64,000 nucleotides of DNA from NCBI GenBank assembly GCA_965209055.1, contig OZ242374.1, positions 1,408,001 through 1,472,000 on the forward strand, read 5' to 3'. Made by a program: the position numbers and the translations under genes. The first letter of the stretch is position 1, and every line of letters begins with the position of its first letter. Below, piece by piece: positions 1-10,782 of this stretch. Source of the DNA: Acidobacteriota bacterium. Its GTDB lineage: Bacteria > Acidobacteriota > UBA6911 > RPQK01 > JAJDTT01. The notes under the pieces were generated by a model that was not told the origin of the DNA, did no database searches, and saw only the letters and a list, made by a program, of their open reading frames with translations.

Positions 1-231
1 GGCCACCGGACAGCTGGGCGAAGTCAGGGTCATCTTGATGTCTACAGCGCCAACGGAGTCGACGTCGACTCCGTAGATCAGACCCAATTCGTAGATATCC
101 ACCGGAATCTCCGGATCGTAACAACTCCTGAGGACCGAAATCACCTCTTCGTGGATGGGGCCGCCCACCGGAGCAGTCCCACTTCCCGTTTCGGCCTGGA
201 AACCCGGTTCCGGGTTCGGTTCTTCTGCCAT
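1..231 (-). CDS. sufT: SufT/DUF59 (PaaD-like) Fe-S cluster assembly protein, 3' end runs off the window
   Basis: Not in the ORF track. Manual translation from ATG at 231 gives MAEEPNPEPG...EEVISVLRSCYDPEIPVDIYELGLIYGVDVD...IKMTLTSPSCPVA (DPE and TxxxCP DUF59 motifs). GGAGG RBS upstream; follows sufU. Confidence 0.88.
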   Translation of the reverse strand, partial: MAEEPNPEPGFQAETGSGTAPVGGPIHEEVISVLRSCYDPEIPVDIYELGLIYGVDVDSVGAVDIKMTLTSPSCPVA

Positions 232-262
232 GGTTCCCCCTCCGCGGCGCTCCGCGAGAGTC

Positions 263-718
263 TTATTCAGTCGAGACGACCTCGTTTCTCTTTTCGAGCG
301 CCGCCCGCAACGCATGCCAGGTCAAGGTGGCGCATTTCACCCGAACCGGATAACGGCTGACCCCTTCAAACACCACCAATTTGCCCAGATCCGTTTCGGA
401 ATGATCTTCCGAATCGAGCTTCCCGGTCACCAGTTGGTGAAAACGCTCGAACAACGCCTCGACTTCCTCCAGTTCCTTCCCCTTCAGGCTCTCGGTCATT
501 ATCGAGGCGGATGCCATGGAGATGGCGCACCCCGAACCCTGAAACGAGACGTCGTCGACGACGGAGCCCTTCAACTTGACATATACGGTGACCCGGTCGC
601 CGCAGAGGGGATTGAAGCCTTCCGACTGATGATCCGCGCCCTCCAGAACAGCGAAATTCCGAGGCCGCCGGTTGTGATCCAGGATGACCTCCTGGTAAAG
701 GGCGCTCAGGTCCGGCAT
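263..718 (-). CDS. sufU: SUF system NifU-family Fe-S assembly protein SufU
   Basis: LYQEVILDH, NPLCGD, GSGCAISMAS and RVKCA motifs; ATG overlaps the sufS stop codon. Confidence 0.95.
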   Translation of the reverse strand: MPDLSALYQEVILDHNRRPRNFAVLEGADHQSEGFNPLCGDRVTVYVKLKGSVVDDVSFQGSGCAISMASASIMTESLKGKELEEVEALFERFHQLVTGKLDSEDHSETDLGKLVVFEGVSRYPVRVKCATLTWHALRAALEKRNEVVSTE

Positions 719-1983
719 CACTCAAACACCTCGATCACCTTCCTGAGGCCTCGGCACATGGCATCGATCTCTTCCCGCGTGTTGTAGAACGCCAGCGACG
801 CCCGCGCCGTGGCCGGGAGCCCATAGTAATCCATCAGAGGCTGGGCACAGTGATGGCCGGTCCGAATCGCCACCCCCTCCAGATCCAGAATGGTGCCCAT
901 GTCGTGAGGATGGATTTCGTCCAGAACGAAGGAGAGCACAGCCGCCTTTGACGGCGCGGTGCCGATCAGGCGCAGGCCGGGAACCTGGGAAAGCCGGGAA
1001 GTTGCGTACTCCAAAAGCTCGTTCTCGTAGGCCTCAATGCGATCGAGGCCCAGATTCTCCAGATAATCCAGCGCCGCGGCCAGCGCGACGCCGCCGGCGA
1101 TATTGGGCGTCCCCCCCTCGAACTTGTGCGGAGGTTCGTTGTACGTCGTCTTCTCGAAGGAGACGGAACGGATCATCTCCCCTCCTCCCTGATAGGGAGG
1201 CATGGATTCCAGATGCTTCCATTTGCCGTAAAGGATGCCGATGCCGGTGGGGCCGTAGACCTTGTGTCCTGAGAAGCAATAGAAATCGCAATCCAGTTCC
1301 TGCACGTCCACCTTCAGGTGCGGCGCCGCCTGAGCCCCGTCCAGAAGGACGAGGGCCCCGTGCCCATGCGCCATTTCGACCATTTTCCGCACCGGGTTGA
1401 TGGTCCCGAGAACGTTGGACACATGGGTCACCGCGACGATCCGGGTGCGAGGGTTCAACAACTTCTCGTACTCGTCCAGAAGCATCTCACCCTGGCCGGA
1501 GACGGGAATGACCCGAAGCCGGGCGCCCTTTTCCTGGCAGAGCATCTGCCAGGGAACGATATTGGAATGGTGCTCCATTTGGGAAACGATGACCTCGTCA
1601 CCCGGGTTCAGAAGGCTCCGTCCGGCGGTCTGAGCCACCAGATTGATGCCCTCGGTCGTGCTCCGGACGAAGACGATCTCTTCCGCCCGCGTGGCGTTGA
1701 CGAACTGCTGCACTCTCTCACGGGTCGCCTCATAGGCGTCCGTCGCGCGGACGCTCAAAAGATGGACCCCCCGCTGAATGTTGGCGTTGGTGCGGGAATA
1801 GTAGCGGCTCACCGCATCGATGACCTGCTGCGGTTTCTGGCTGGTGGCCGCATTGTCCAGGTAGGCCAGCGGCTTGCCGTGAACCTTCCGGGAGAGGATC
1901 GGGAAATCCCGGCGGATCCGTCCCGGATCCAGCCCTCCGGACACGCGCCGGCGATGGTTTCGGGCGGTTGTGCTGAAGCTCAC
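718..1983 (-). CDS. sufS: Cysteine desulfurase SufS
   Basis: YLDNAATSQKP, SGHK (PLP lysine) and RTGHHCAQP (catalytic Cys) motifs. Confidence 0.97.
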   Translation of the reverse strand: MSFSTTARNHRRRVSGGLDPGRIRRDFPILSRKVHGKPLAYLDNAATSQKPQQVIDAVSRYYSRTNANIQRGVHLLSVRATDAYEATRERVQQFVNATRAEEIVFVRSTTEGINLVAQTAGRSLLNPGDEVIVSQMEHHSNIVPWQMLCQEKGARLRVIPVSGQGEMLLDEYEKLLNPRTRIVAVTHVSNVLGTINPVRKMVEMAHGHGALVLLDGAQAAPHLKVDVQELDCDFYCFSGHKVYGPTGIGILYGKWKHLESMPPYQGGGEMIRSVSFEKTTYNEPPHKFEGGTPNIAGGVALAAALDYLENLGLDRIEAYENELLEYATSRLSQVPGLRLIGTAPSKAAVLSFVLDEIHPHDMGTILDLEGVAIRTGHHCAQPLMDYYGLPATARASLAFYNTREEIDAMCRGLRKVIEVFE

Positions 1984-3323
1984 GTCAGCGCCTTCCTCAG
2001 AAAACTTCCTTGCGGCAGCCGGTCGAAGAGCAGGGAGCTGAGTCGATCCCGGAGGCCGGCCAGCCGGACGCGGCGGATCACATCTTCGGCGAACCCGTAG
2101 GTCAGAATGCTTCGGGCCATGGCTTCATCGATGCCTCGCGACCGCATGTAGAAGATGGCTTCCTGGTCGAGCTGGCCGATGGTGGCGCCATGGGTGCACT
2201 TGACTTCGTCGGCGTAGATCTCCAGTTGGGGCTTCGTGTTCACCAAGGCCCGGTCGGACAACAGCAGATTGTTGTTGGTCTGCACCGAGTCGGTCTTCTG
2301 GGCTCCCGGATGGACCACGATGCGGCCCCGGAACACTCCCCGGGATCGATCGCCCAGAATGCCCTTGTAAATCTCACGGCTGCCGCAATGGGGAGCGGCG
2401 TGCTCGATCCGGGTGTGGTTGTCCACCAACTGCTCGCCGGAAACGACAAAGATTCCGTCAAGCTTTGCGTCCGCCCCCTCGCCCCCGAGAAACACGTTCA
2501 GGTCGTTGCGTGTCAGCCGGCCTCCCAGGTCTGCCGACATGGTGCGAGCCACACTATTGGATTCCTGCCGGATCTCCAGGGTCGAGACATGGTGTGCGGC
2601 GGGACTCTCCTCCTGCAGCCGATAGTGATCCAGGTTGGCGTTCTCGCCCACCGCCACTTCGGTGACGGGATTGCTGAAATAGGACTTGTCTCCAACTCCC
2701 AGGTAGTGCTCGACCACCGAGCATTCGCTCCCGGCGCCCACCAGGATCAGATTCCGCGGATGCGTCACGAATGCCGGCCCACCGTTGCCGGTGGAAAGAA
2801 AAACGAGATGGATGGGATCCGGGATCCGGGATCCGGCGGAGACCCGAACCACTGCTCCGTCTTCAATAAACGCCGTGTTGAGAGCAACGAACGGATGGCG
2901 GTCAGCCTCCACATACCGGGCCAGATGAGCCTCGACCTCTTCGGGACATTCCCGAAGAATGGACGCCAGGGAGCCGACCCGGACCCCGCTCTCCCTCTCG
3001 TCCACGCGGGACAACCCGGCGCAGTATCGTCCATTCAGGAAGACGCAACGGACGCCGCCCTGGCCCCCGGCCGCCAGGGACTCCGTCCGCCAGCGTCCGT
3101 CCGGAGAAGGCGCGGGGGCGGTCTCATAGGAGGTGGCCGCCAAGCGGGCGACGTTGGTATAACGCCAATCCTCATCGGCAATGGTGGGAAAACCGGTCTC
3201 GGCGAAACGCAACATGGCTTCCCGGCGCAGCCGGGAAAACCAGGCGGGACTGTCCGACGCCGGACCGTCCAGCCGGTTGAATCGTTCCAGGTAGGAGTCC
3301 AGGGACTTTCGTGCGACCTTCAT
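1980..3323 (-). CDS. sufD: Fe-S cluster assembly protein SufD
   Basis: EDWRYT and KPQLEIYADEVKCTHGAT motifs; operon context. Confidence 0.95.
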   Translation of the reverse strand: MKVARKSLDSYLERFNRLDGPASDSPAWFSRLRREAMLRFAETGFPTIADEDWRYTNVARLAATSYETAPAPSPDGRWRTESLAAGGQGGVRCVFLNGRYCAGLSRVDERESGVRVGSLASILRECPEEVEAHLARYVEADRHPFVALNTAFIEDGAVVRVSAGSRIPDPIHLVFLSTGNGGPAFVTHPRNLILVGAGSECSVVEHYLGVGDKSYFSNPVTEVAVGENANLDHYRLQEESPAAHHVSTLEIRQESNSVARTMSADLGGRLTRNDLNVFLGGEGADAKLDGIFVVSGEQLVDNHTRIEHAAPHCGSREIYKGILGDRSRGVFRGRIVVHPGAQKTDSVQTNNNLLLSDRALVNTKPQLEIYADEVKCTHGATIGQLDQEAIFYMRSRGIDEAMARSILTYGFAEDVIRRVRLAGLRDRLSSLLFDRLPQGSFLRKALT

Positions 3324-3335
3324 TTCGATTCGTGC

Positions 3336-4103
3336 CTACGCTCCCGCCACCGCCCGCGGCCGGTCCTGCTCCAGGCCGGCGTACCCTCTTTCTTCCAGCT
3401 CCAGAGCCAACTCCTTGCCCCCCGACCGGACGATGCGGCCGCGGGCCAGGACATGGACGAAGTCGGGAACGATGTAATTGAGCAGACGCTGATAATGGGT
3501 CACGACGATGATGGCCCGCTCGGACGACCTCATGGCGTTGACACCGTGGGCGACGACCTTCAGCGCGTCGATATCCAGCCCCGAATCGGTTTCATCCATG
3601 ATGCAGAGGTCCGGTTCCAGGACCGCCATCTGGAAGACCTCGTTGCGTTTTTTCTCGCCGCCCGAGAAACCCTCGTTCACCGGCCGCGTCAGGAGGCTCT
3701 CGTCCATCTTCAGAAGCCGGGTCTTGTCACGGACCAGGTTGAGGAAATCCAGGGCGTCGACCTCCTCCTGGGAGCGGCTGACCCGGATCGAGTTGAGGGC
3801 GGCCCTCAAGAAATAGGTGTTGCTCACTCCGGGAATCTCCACCGGGTATTGAAAGGCCAGGAATATCCCCGCCTGGGCCCGCTCTTCCGGCGAGCACTCC
3901 AACAGGTCTTCGCCCTTGTAGGCGATCGCTCCCCGAGTGACCTCGTAGTCTTCCCGGCCGGCCAACACTTGGGCCAAGGTGCTCTTCCCGGACCCGTTGG
4001 GCCCCATGATGGAGTGGATCTCTCCCTTGCGGACCGTCAGATCCACACCCTTCAGGATCTTCGTATCCCCCGATCTCACATGCAGATCACTGATTTCGAG
4101 CAT
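3336..4103 (-). CDS. sufC: Fe-S cluster assembly ATPase SufC
   Basis: GPNGSGKST Walker A, FSGGEKKRNE and DETDSGLDID. Confidence 0.97.
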   Translation of the reverse strand: MLEISDLHVRSGDTKILKGVDLTVRKGEIHSIMGPNGSGKSTLAQVLAGREDYEVTRGAIAYKGEDLLECSPEERAQAGIFLAFQYPVEIPGVSNTYFLRAALNSIRVSRSQEEVDALDFLNLVRDKTRLLKMDESLLTRPVNEGFSGGEKKRNEVFQMAVLEPDLCIMDETDSGLDIDALKVVAHGVNAMRSSERAIIVVTHYQRLLNYIVPDFVHVLARGRIVRSGGKELALELEERGYAGLEQDRPRAVAGA

Positions 4104-4161
4104 TGGATTCCCTTCCTGAGTTCAGGAGCCTCGCGGCTTGATGGATTGGCGGCGCGGCGGT

Positions 4162-5619
4162 TTACCCGACACTTCCTTCGAGGCTGATGGACAACAGTTT
4201 CTGGGCCTCGACGGCAAATTCCATCGGCAGTTCCTTGATGACCTTCTTGCAGAAGCCATTGACGATCATGGAGACGGCGTCCTCCGCCGAAAGTCCCCGC
4301 TGCTGGCAATAGAAGATCTGATCCTCGCCGATCTTTGAGGTCGACGCCTCATGCTCCATGTGGGCGCTGCTGTTGTTCACCTCGATATAGGGGAAGGTAT
4401 GGGCTCCACACTCGTCCCCCATCAACATGGAATCGCACTGGGTATAGTTGCGGGCCCTTTCGGCGCCGGAGCCGATCCGGACCAGGCCCCGGTAGGTATT
4501 CTGTCCATGTCCGGCCGAAATCCCCTTGGAGACGATGTTGCTCCTGGTGTTCCTGCCGATGTGGATCATCTTCGTCCCGGTATCCGCCTGCTGCCGGTTG
4601 TTGGTCAGGGCCACCGAGTAGAACTCCCCCACGGAATTGTCGCCCAGCAGGATGCAGCTCGGGTATTTCCAGGTAATTGCCGATCCTGTCTCCACCTGCG
4701 TCCATGAGATCTTGGAATTGACGCCCTGGCACTTGCCCCGCTTGGTGACGAAATTGTAGATGCCGCCCTTGCCGTTCTTGTCTCCCGGGTACCAATTCTG
4801 AATGGTGGAGTACTTGATTTCGGCATTGTCCAGCGCCACCAGCTCCACCACCGCCGCATGGAGCTGGTTCTCGTCTCTCATGGGGGCCGTGCAACCCTCG
4901 AGATAGCTGACGTAGGACCCCTCGTCGGCGACGATCAGCGTGCGCTCGAACTGGCCGGTCTTGGCGGCATTGATGCGGAAGTAGGTGGAGAGCTCCATGG
5001 GGCAGCGGACGCCCTTGGGAACGTACACGAAGGAACCGTCGGTGAAGACGGCCGAGTTCAAGGCCGCAAAGAAATTGTCGGTGTGGGGCACCACCGTCCC
5101 CAGATAGCGTCGAATCAGTTCCGGATGCTCCTGAATGGCTTCACTGAACGAACAGAAGATGATTCCCAGTTCCGAGAGTTTCTCCTTGAAGGTCGTGGCC
5201 ACCGAGACACTGTCGAAGACGGCATCCACGGCCACCTCCGTGACTCCGGCCAGCATTTCCTGCTCCCGCAGGGGTATGCCCAGTTTTTCGTAGGTGGCGC
5301 GGATCTCCGGGTCGATGTCGTCCAGGCTCTTGGGGCCGTCGCCGTTGGACTTGGGAGCCGAATAGTAGACGATGTCCTGGTAGTCGATGGGTGGATAGTG
5401 GACATTGGGCCACTCGGGCTCCGCCATCTTCCGCCAGCGGCGATAGGCCCTGAGCCGCCACTGGAGCATCCACTCGGGCTCCTCCTTCTTGGAGGCAATC
5501 AACCCGATGGTGTTTTCGTCCAGGCCGGGAGGAACTTCGTCGGTCTCCACATCGGTGTAGAAGCCGTACTTGTATTCCTCCGCCGCCAGATCCTGCAACT
5601 GTTCCATCTCAGTAGGCAT
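4162..5619 (-). CDS. sufB: Fe-S cluster assembly protein SufB
   Basis: [22 protein letters not shown] and EHEASTS motifs. Confidence 0.97.
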   Translation of the reverse strand: MPTEMEQLQDLAAEEYKYGFYTDVETDEVPPGLDENTIGLIASKKEEPEWMLQWRLRAYRRWRKMAEPEWPNVHYPPIDYQDIVYYSAPKSNGDGPKSLDDIDPEIRATYEKLGIPLREQEMLAGVTEVAVDAVFDSVSVATTFKEKLSELGIIFCSFSEAIQEHPELIRRYLGTVVPHTDNFFAALNSAVFTDGSFVYVPKGVRCPMELSTYFRINAAKTGQFERTLIVADEGSYVSYLEGCTAPMRDENQLHAAVVELVALDNAEIKYSTIQNWYPGDKNGKGGIYNFVTKRGKCQGVNSKISWTQVETGSAITWKYPSCILLGDNSVGEFYSVALTNNRQQADTGTKMIHIGRNTRSNIVSKGISAGHGQNTYRGLVRIGSGAERARNYTQCDSMLMGDECGAHTFPYIEVNNSSAHMEHEASTSKIGEDQIFYCQQRGLSAEDAVSMIVNGFCKKVIKELPMEFAVEAQKLLSISLEGSVG

Positions 5620-5669
5620 GGGATTCCTCTCTCGCCGACGATGGTCGTTCCGGCAATCCTTCCCGGTAT

Positions 5670-6140
5670 TCAGCCTCTGGCCTGCGGCGGGTTCAACTCA
5701 TTCCCGCGTCCCGCCTCCAGCGGGACCAGCGAGTCTGCGAGGGGCGATGTCATGTCCAGCAGACTGATCCTCTCCAGCGCGTCCAGAACCGCCTGATTGA
5801 TCACTTGCCAGTTGCTCCGGATACAGCAGACCGGCTCCTGCTTGCACTCGCCAGGGGTCCCGATGCACTCGGTCATGGCAATGGGCCCCTCGATGACGTT
5901 GATGATGTCCGCCACCGAGATTCGCCCCGGCTTGAGTGCCAGACTGTAGCCCCCCTTGGCGCCGCGGCGGGACGACAGGACTCCTTGCCGAGTCAGGACC
6001 TTGAGGATCTTGCTGACCATGGGCAGCGGGATCCGGGTTTCGTCGGAAAGTGTTCGAGCACTGTAGGTCAGTCCCTCGCCACCGGCAAAATGCGTCAACA
6101 GAACGATTCCGTAGTCGGCCTCCTTGCTCATTCGAATCAC
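5670..6140 (-). CDS. Rrf2-family SUF system regulator
   Basis: Rrf2 winged HTH ([11 protein letters not shown]) with C-x6-C-x5-C Fe-S ligands; first gene of the suf operon. Confidence 0.92.
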   Translation of the reverse strand: MIRMSKEADYGIVLLTHFAGGEGLTYSARTLSDETRIPLPMVSKILKVLTRQGVLSSRRGAKGGYSLALKPGRISVADIINVIEGPIAMTECIGTPGECKQEPVCCIRSNWQVINQAVLDALERISLLDMTSPLADSLVPLEAGRGNELNPPQARG

Positions 6141-6165
6141 GGCTTCGCCACCCTTTGGAGCGCAT

Positions 6166-6195
6166 ATAGTACTAATTTGGTCCTGTTTATGTCAA
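6166..6195 (-). promoter_or_regulatory. Sigma70 promoter of the suf operon with an overlapping putative Rrf2 operator
   Basis: Minus strand TTGACA (6195-6190), 18-nt spacer, TACTAT (6171-6166). Imperfect palindrome ATAGTAC-N7-GTCCTGT at 6166-6186. Confidence 0.7.
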
Positions 6196-6300
6196 CGCGC
6201 GCGGCGGTCTATTTTGGAGCGGCTCTCAGGCCCTGCCGTCCACCGGCGTCACGGGGCGGGAGCCGGCACGTCGTGAGCCTGTCGACGCCGGGAAGAACGG

Positions 6301-7293
6301 CTACGGACGGGGGCCCGGCGGCGAACCGGGGGCGTAGTATCCGGGCCGGGTATGGACGACGGCACCGGGAACCGCCGCCCGGATGGTCACGTCGCGCCAG
6401 GAGCCGTCACGGGCGCGATTCGTCGGACGATAAGAGATATAGTATTGATTCTTAAGCTCTTCCGCGACCCTCACATAGACGTCGGAAAGGCTTCCGAAGG
6501 CCTCGCTGTCAAGGACCCGGCCGCCGGTCCGATCCGCCAGCGTACGGAGGAATTTCTTCACCCCGACGATGTATTCGTCCGTCATCTGCCTGGGGATGAG
6601 CCGGCCGCGGCTCTGGAGTTGGATTCGCATGTGCCTGGCGCTTACCCAGTATGCTTCCACCGTGGACGCGACGTAGGTCATGGCCTCCGAGCGGGTCACC
6701 AGGTCCAGGACCTCGTTGGGTGTGACCATGCTGTTGGTGTCGATTCCGTCGGACAGCAGAATGATCGCCTTTCTTCCCGACACGCCGGCCAGGAGATCGT
6801 CGCAGGTGACGTAGAGGGCATCGTTCAGAACAGTCTTTCCCTTAGCGTAGATCTTCAGCATCGCGTTTTCGATGCGCTGGCGGTCGTTGGTCCAATCGAG
6901 GATGAGCTTGGGGAGGTTGCTGAACGTGATGACGGCGATCTGGTCCTCCTCGCCGAGGCTGTCCACAAAGCGGAGAGCCGCCCGCCGGATTTCGCTCTGG
7001 CTTCCCCGGGTGCTTCCGCTGACATCCACCAGCAGCACCACGCGCACGGGCAGCGCCTCGCTGTAGAAGTTCAGGATCTCCTGCCGGACGCCGTCCTCGT
7101 AGACGGAGAACTGGTCGCGGGTCAAACCCCGGAGGAAGCCGCCCTGGGCGGATCGCGCGTTCACCGAAAGGAAGACCTGGTCTACGGCGACACCGATTCG
7201 AAAGCCGGTGTCGGTTTCCTCGGCTTCGGGGGGGACGTCGTCCTGGATGGCGGGCCAGAAAAAACCCCAGATCAACAATGCCAGATGGGCCAC
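6301..7293 (-). CDS. VWA domain protein (Acidobacterial type), secreted
   Basis: Hydrophobic N-terminus, DVSGS MIDAS motif, LLSDG, YYISYRP...DGSWR and RPGYY C-terminus. Confidence 0.88.
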   Translation of the reverse strand: MAHLALLIWGFFWPAIQDDVPPEAEETDTGFRIGVAVDQVFLSVNARSAQGGFLRGLTRDQFSVYEDGVRQEILNFYSEALPVRVVLLVDVSGSTRGSQSEIRRAALRFVDSLGEEDQIAVITFSNLPKLILDWTNDRQRIENAMLKIYAKGKTVLNDALYVTCDDLLAGVSGRKAIILLSDGIDTNSMVTPNEVLDLVTRSEAMTYVASTVEAYWVSARHMRIQLQSRGRLIPRQMTDEYIVGVKKFLRTLADRTGGRVLDSEAFGSLSDVYVRVAEELKNQYYISYRPTNRARDGSWRDVTIRAAVPGAVVHTRPGYYAPGSPPGPRP

Positions 7294-7330
7294 GCGTCCA
7301 TTATAACGGAGGATCGGCGTTGGGTCGGGG

Positions 7331-7786
7331 TCAGGCCAGGGGGGACTTTGTCTTTTCCAGGAGGCGAATCCGGCCGATCTCCAATCCCGGGTCCACGGCC
7401 TTGCACATGTCGTAGAGAGTGAGGGCGGCGACAGCCACCGCCGTCAAGGCCTCCATCTCCACGCCGGTCGCCCAGCGGCAACTGACCCGGCTCCGGATCA
7501 GGAAACCCGACTCGTCCAACTCCACGTCCACGTCCACAAAATCCAGGTTGATGTTGTGGCAGAGCGGAATCAGGCCGCTGGTCCGCTTGGCCGCCTCGAT
7601 CCCGGCCAAGCGGGCGACCTCGAACGGGTTGCCCTTGGGAAGACCGGCTTCGAGTATGGCCCGCCGGGTCTTCTCCGCAATGAGGACCCGTCCCTCGGCC
7701 GCCGCCGTCCTGCGGACCAGTTTCTTGGCGCCGATATCCACCATGCGCGCTTTCCCGGTGGAGTCCACATGAGTCAGCCGCGACAT
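7331..7786 (-). CDS. moaC: Cyclic pyranopterin monophosphate synthase MoaC
   Basis: [27 protein letters not shown] and YDMCKAVD. Confidence 0.96.
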   Translation of the reverse strand: MSRLTHVDSTGKARMVDIGAKKLVRRTAAAEGRVLIAEKTRRAILEAGLPKGNPFEVARLAGIEAAKRTSGLIPLCHNINLDFVDVDVELDESGFLIRSRVSCRWATGVEMEALTAVAVAALTLYDMCKAVDPGLEIGRIRLLEKTKSPLA

Positions 7787-7798
7787 TTTCGCCTCCTC

Positions 7799-9037
7799 TC
7801 ATGCCAGCCGGCCACGGCCCGGGTCGGCGTCCAGGAGCAGGACCGAGGCCCGCTCGCCGGCGGCGATCCCGGAGACGTGGGCGGGAATGATCAACAGGGA
7901 ATCGGCCCTCGCAAACCCCGTCAGATCGGCGGACCCTCCCGTCTCGACGGGAGAAACCCGGAGGCCGCCGCTCCATTCCGTGCGGGCCGGCTTGAAGAAG
8001 GTTCGACCCGGCTTCTGGGAAACCGCCTGCGTCAACGTGGCCTCGATCCTGCGCAATGAAACCGATTCGAATCCCATCCACCGGCGAACCAACGGCCTTG
8101 CAAAAAGCTGAAAGGTAACGAACGCCGAAACCGGATTGCCGGGAAGACCGAAGGCCAGCGTCGATCCCCTGCGGCCCACGCAGATCGGTTTTCCCGGTTT
8201 GACGGCGGCCTTGTGGAAAATCAGACTGGCTCCTTCCCGCTCCAGGATCCGGTGAACGAAATCATACTCCCCCATGGACACGCCGCCGGAGAGGAGGAGG
8301 AGGTCGGATTTCAGGCCGGATCCAATGACCTCCGCGAGGCGCTCCGGATCGTCACCCACCGAGACCTCCGATTCGATCTTCAGCCCGAGGCGGCGACAGA
8401 GCGCCGAGATCATGGGGCCGTTGGAATTCCGTATCTGCCCGAACCGGGGCCGGGCTTCGACCGGAACCAACTCGTCCCCGGTGGAGACCACGGTCACGGA
8501 GAGGGGCCGAAAGACTTCCGGTCGGGCCTGGCCGAATGTGGCCAGGACGCCGATCTCGGCGGGACCGATCAATCTTCCTGCTTCCAGAACCACGCTTCCC
8601 CGGGCGACTTCTCTGCCCCGGCTGGCGACGTTGGCTCCCGCCGCCACCGTTTTCAGGATCTCCACGGTGGACCCATCGACCATTCTCGACTCCTCCACCA
8701 TCTGGACCGCATCGGTGTCGCGCGGGACAGGCGCCCCGGTCATGATCCGCACCGTTTCGCCCGGAGCCACGGACGGCAATGAATCCGCTCCGGCCGCCAC
8801 CTCTCCAACCACGTCCAGGCGGGCCGGGACCTTCCTGACGTCGGCGCTGCGGACGGCAAAACCGTCCATGAACGATTTGTCGAACGGGGGAACGTCAGCG
8901 TCCGCATGCACGGGAGCCGCCAGAACTCGATCCAGACACTGCTCCAATGGCAGCTTCACCGTCACCGCGGGCGGACACTGGGCGAGAATTCGCTCCAAGG
9001 CCTCCTCGTAGGGAAGCAAATCGACCATTTCGTTCAC
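7799..9037 (-). CDS. moeA: Molybdopterin molybdotransferase MoeA
   Basis: PPFDKSFMDGFA, IMTGAPVP, STGDEL, SGGVSMG and GLPGNPVS. Confidence 0.95.
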   Translation of the reverse strand: MNEMVDLLPYEEALERILAQCPPAVTVKLPLEQCLDRVLAAPVHADADVPPFDKSFMDGFAVRSADVRKVPARLDVVGEVAAGADSLPSVAPGETVRIMTGAPVPRDTDAVQMVEESRMVDGSTVEILKTVAAGANVASRGREVARGSVVLEAGRLIGPAEIGVLATFGQARPEVFRPLSVTVVSTGDELVPVEARPRFGQIRNSNGPMISALCRRLGLKIESEVSVGDDPERLAEVIGSGLKSDLLLLSGGVSMGEYDFVHRILEREGASLIFHKAAVKPGKPICVGRRGSTLAFGLPGNPVSAFVTFQLFARPLVRRWMGFESVSLRRIEATLTQAVSQKPGRTFFKPARTEWSGGLRVSPVETGGSADLTGFARADSLLIIPAHVSGIAAGERASVLLLDADPGRGRLA

Positions 9038-9066
9038 TCTCCGTCTGCGGTTACGGAACCTGGAGG

Positions 9067-10668
9067 CTACAGCACCACCTGTTCCCGATACTCTCCAAAC
9101 ACCTCTCCCATGGCCTCGGACATTTCTCCGACCGTCGCGCCCGCTTCGACCCCCTCCACGATGGCCGCCATCAGGTTCTCCCGCCCACGGGCCGTTCGGC
9201 TCAGCTTCTCCATGGACCGCCGCCAGCGGTCCCGGTTCCGTCCGGCCCGATGCTGCGACAATTCCATCATCTGCCGCTCTCTCGTCTCCGGGTCCACCCT
9301 CAACAACTCGATGTCCACCGGATCTTCATCCTGAAATCGATTGACGCCCACGACCACCCGCTCCCCCGACTCCAGGGTTCTTTGGAGACGATGAGCCGAG
9401 TCCTGGATCTCTCTTTGGATGAAACCGCTCTCGATGGCCGGCACCATCCCTCCCATGGACCGAATGCGCTCCAGATAACTCTCCGACTCCTCCTCCAGAC
9501 GGTTTGTGAGCTTCTCCAGATACCAACTTCCGCCGAGCGGGTCGACCGCCTCCGTCAGTCCCGATTCGTGGGCCAGAATCTGCTGGGTCCGGAGCGCCAG
9601 CTCGGCGGCGGCTTCCGTCGGAAGAGACATGGCCTCGTCTTTCCCGTTGGTGTGAAGCGACTGGGTGCCTCCCAGAACCGAGGCCAATGCCTGCACGGTG
9701 GTTCGGACCACGTTGTTGTCCGGCTGCTGCGCCGTCAGCGTGCTTCCGCCGGTCTGGGTGTGAAAACGCATCATGCAGGACTTGGGATTCCGGGCGCCCC
9801 AGCGTTCCTTGACGCAACGGGCCCAGAGCCGGCGCGCCGCGCGGAACTTGGCCACCTCCTCGAAGAGGTCGTTGTGGGCAGCGAAAAAGAAGGAGAGCCG
9901 GGGGGCGAAATCATCGATGTGGAGTCCCGCCTTCAAGACCGATTCGACGTAGGTTTCGGCATTGGCCAGCGTGAAGCCGATCTCCTGAGCGGCCGTAGAC
10001 CCGGCCTCCCGGATATGGTAGCCGCTGATGGAAATAGGGTTCCATCCGGGTGCCGCCTCATGGCAGAACGCCACCAGGTCGGTCACCAGCCGGAGGGACG
10101 CTTCCACCGGATAGAGATAAGTGCCGCGTGCAATGTATTCCTTGAGAATATCGTTCTGGACCGTGCCCCGTACCGCCCCCCAGGAGGTTCCTTGCCGGCG
10201 GGCCTGAACCAGATAGAGCGCCAGCAGAATCGGCGCGGTGGCGTTGATGGTCATGGAGGTGGAAACCCTGCCCAGGTCGATTTCACGAAATAGGGTTTCC
10301 ATGTCCCACAGGCCGTCAATGGCAACACCGGCGCGGCCCACCTCTCCCTCCGCCAGGGGATGGTCCGAATCCAAGCCCAACTGAGTCGGCAGGTCGAACG
10401 CGACGGACAGGCCCCGGTTTCCCTGAGAGAGGAGGTAGCGGTATCGGCGATTGGACTCCCGAGCGGTGGCGTAACCCGAATACTGGCGGATCGTCCAGTG
10501 CCGGTCACGATACATGCCCGGATAAGCGCCGCGAGTGAATGGATAGCCGCCCGGTTCCCCCAGATCCGAAATCTCGTCGAACTCCGGCATGTCGCGAGGC
10601 CCGTGGCATGCCTTCCCGGGCTCGCCGGAGCCGTCGCCGGAACTCAATTTGGTGGCATCCTTCCTCAC
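9067..10668 (-). CDS. Methylmalonyl-CoA mutase, substrate-binding (large) subunit, without a B12-binding domain
   Basis: [29 protein letters not shown] and [11 protein letters not shown]. No DxHxxG domain at the C-terminus. Confidence 0.9.
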   Translation of the reverse strand: MRKDATKLSSGDGSGEPGKACHGPRDMPEFDEISDLGEPGGYPFTRGAYPGMYRDRHWTIRQYSGYATARESNRRYRYLLSQGNRGLSVAFDLPTQLGLDSDHPLAEGEVGRAGVAIDGLWDMETLFREIDLGRVSTSMTINATAPILLALYLVQARRQGTSWGAVRGTVQNDILKEYIARGTYLYPVEASLRLVTDLVAFCHEAAPGWNPISISGYHIREAGSTAAQEIGFTLANAETYVESVLKAGLHIDDFAPRLSFFFAAHNDLFEEVAKFRAARRLWARCVKERWGARNPKSCMMRFHTQTGGSTLTAQQPDNNVVRTTVQALASVLGGTQSLHTNGKDEAMSLPTEAAAELALRTQQILAHESGLTEAVDPLGGSWYLEKLTNRLEEESESYLERIRSMGGMVPAIESGFIQREIQDSAHRLQRTLESGERVVVGVNRFQDEDPVDIELLRVDPETRERQMMELSQHRAGRNRDRWRRSMEKLSRTARGRENLMAAIVEGVEAGATVGEMSEAMGEVFGEYREQVVL

Positions 10669-10782
10669 TTTACAAGCCCCTCGCGTTTGATATCATGGGC
10701 TCAATCCAAGGCCAGCAAGCCGCAAGGCCATGGCCTTGCTCGATTTCGGCTGGATGTTAGCAACGGGAAGAGTGGAACTCAA

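Noticed and set aside
2010-4187. Long antisense or shadow ORFs (e.g. 2010..4187, 27067..29466, 40358..42088, 46442..48304)
   Set aside because: They mirror real genes on the opposite strand, as expected from high-GC codon bias, and show no motifs.
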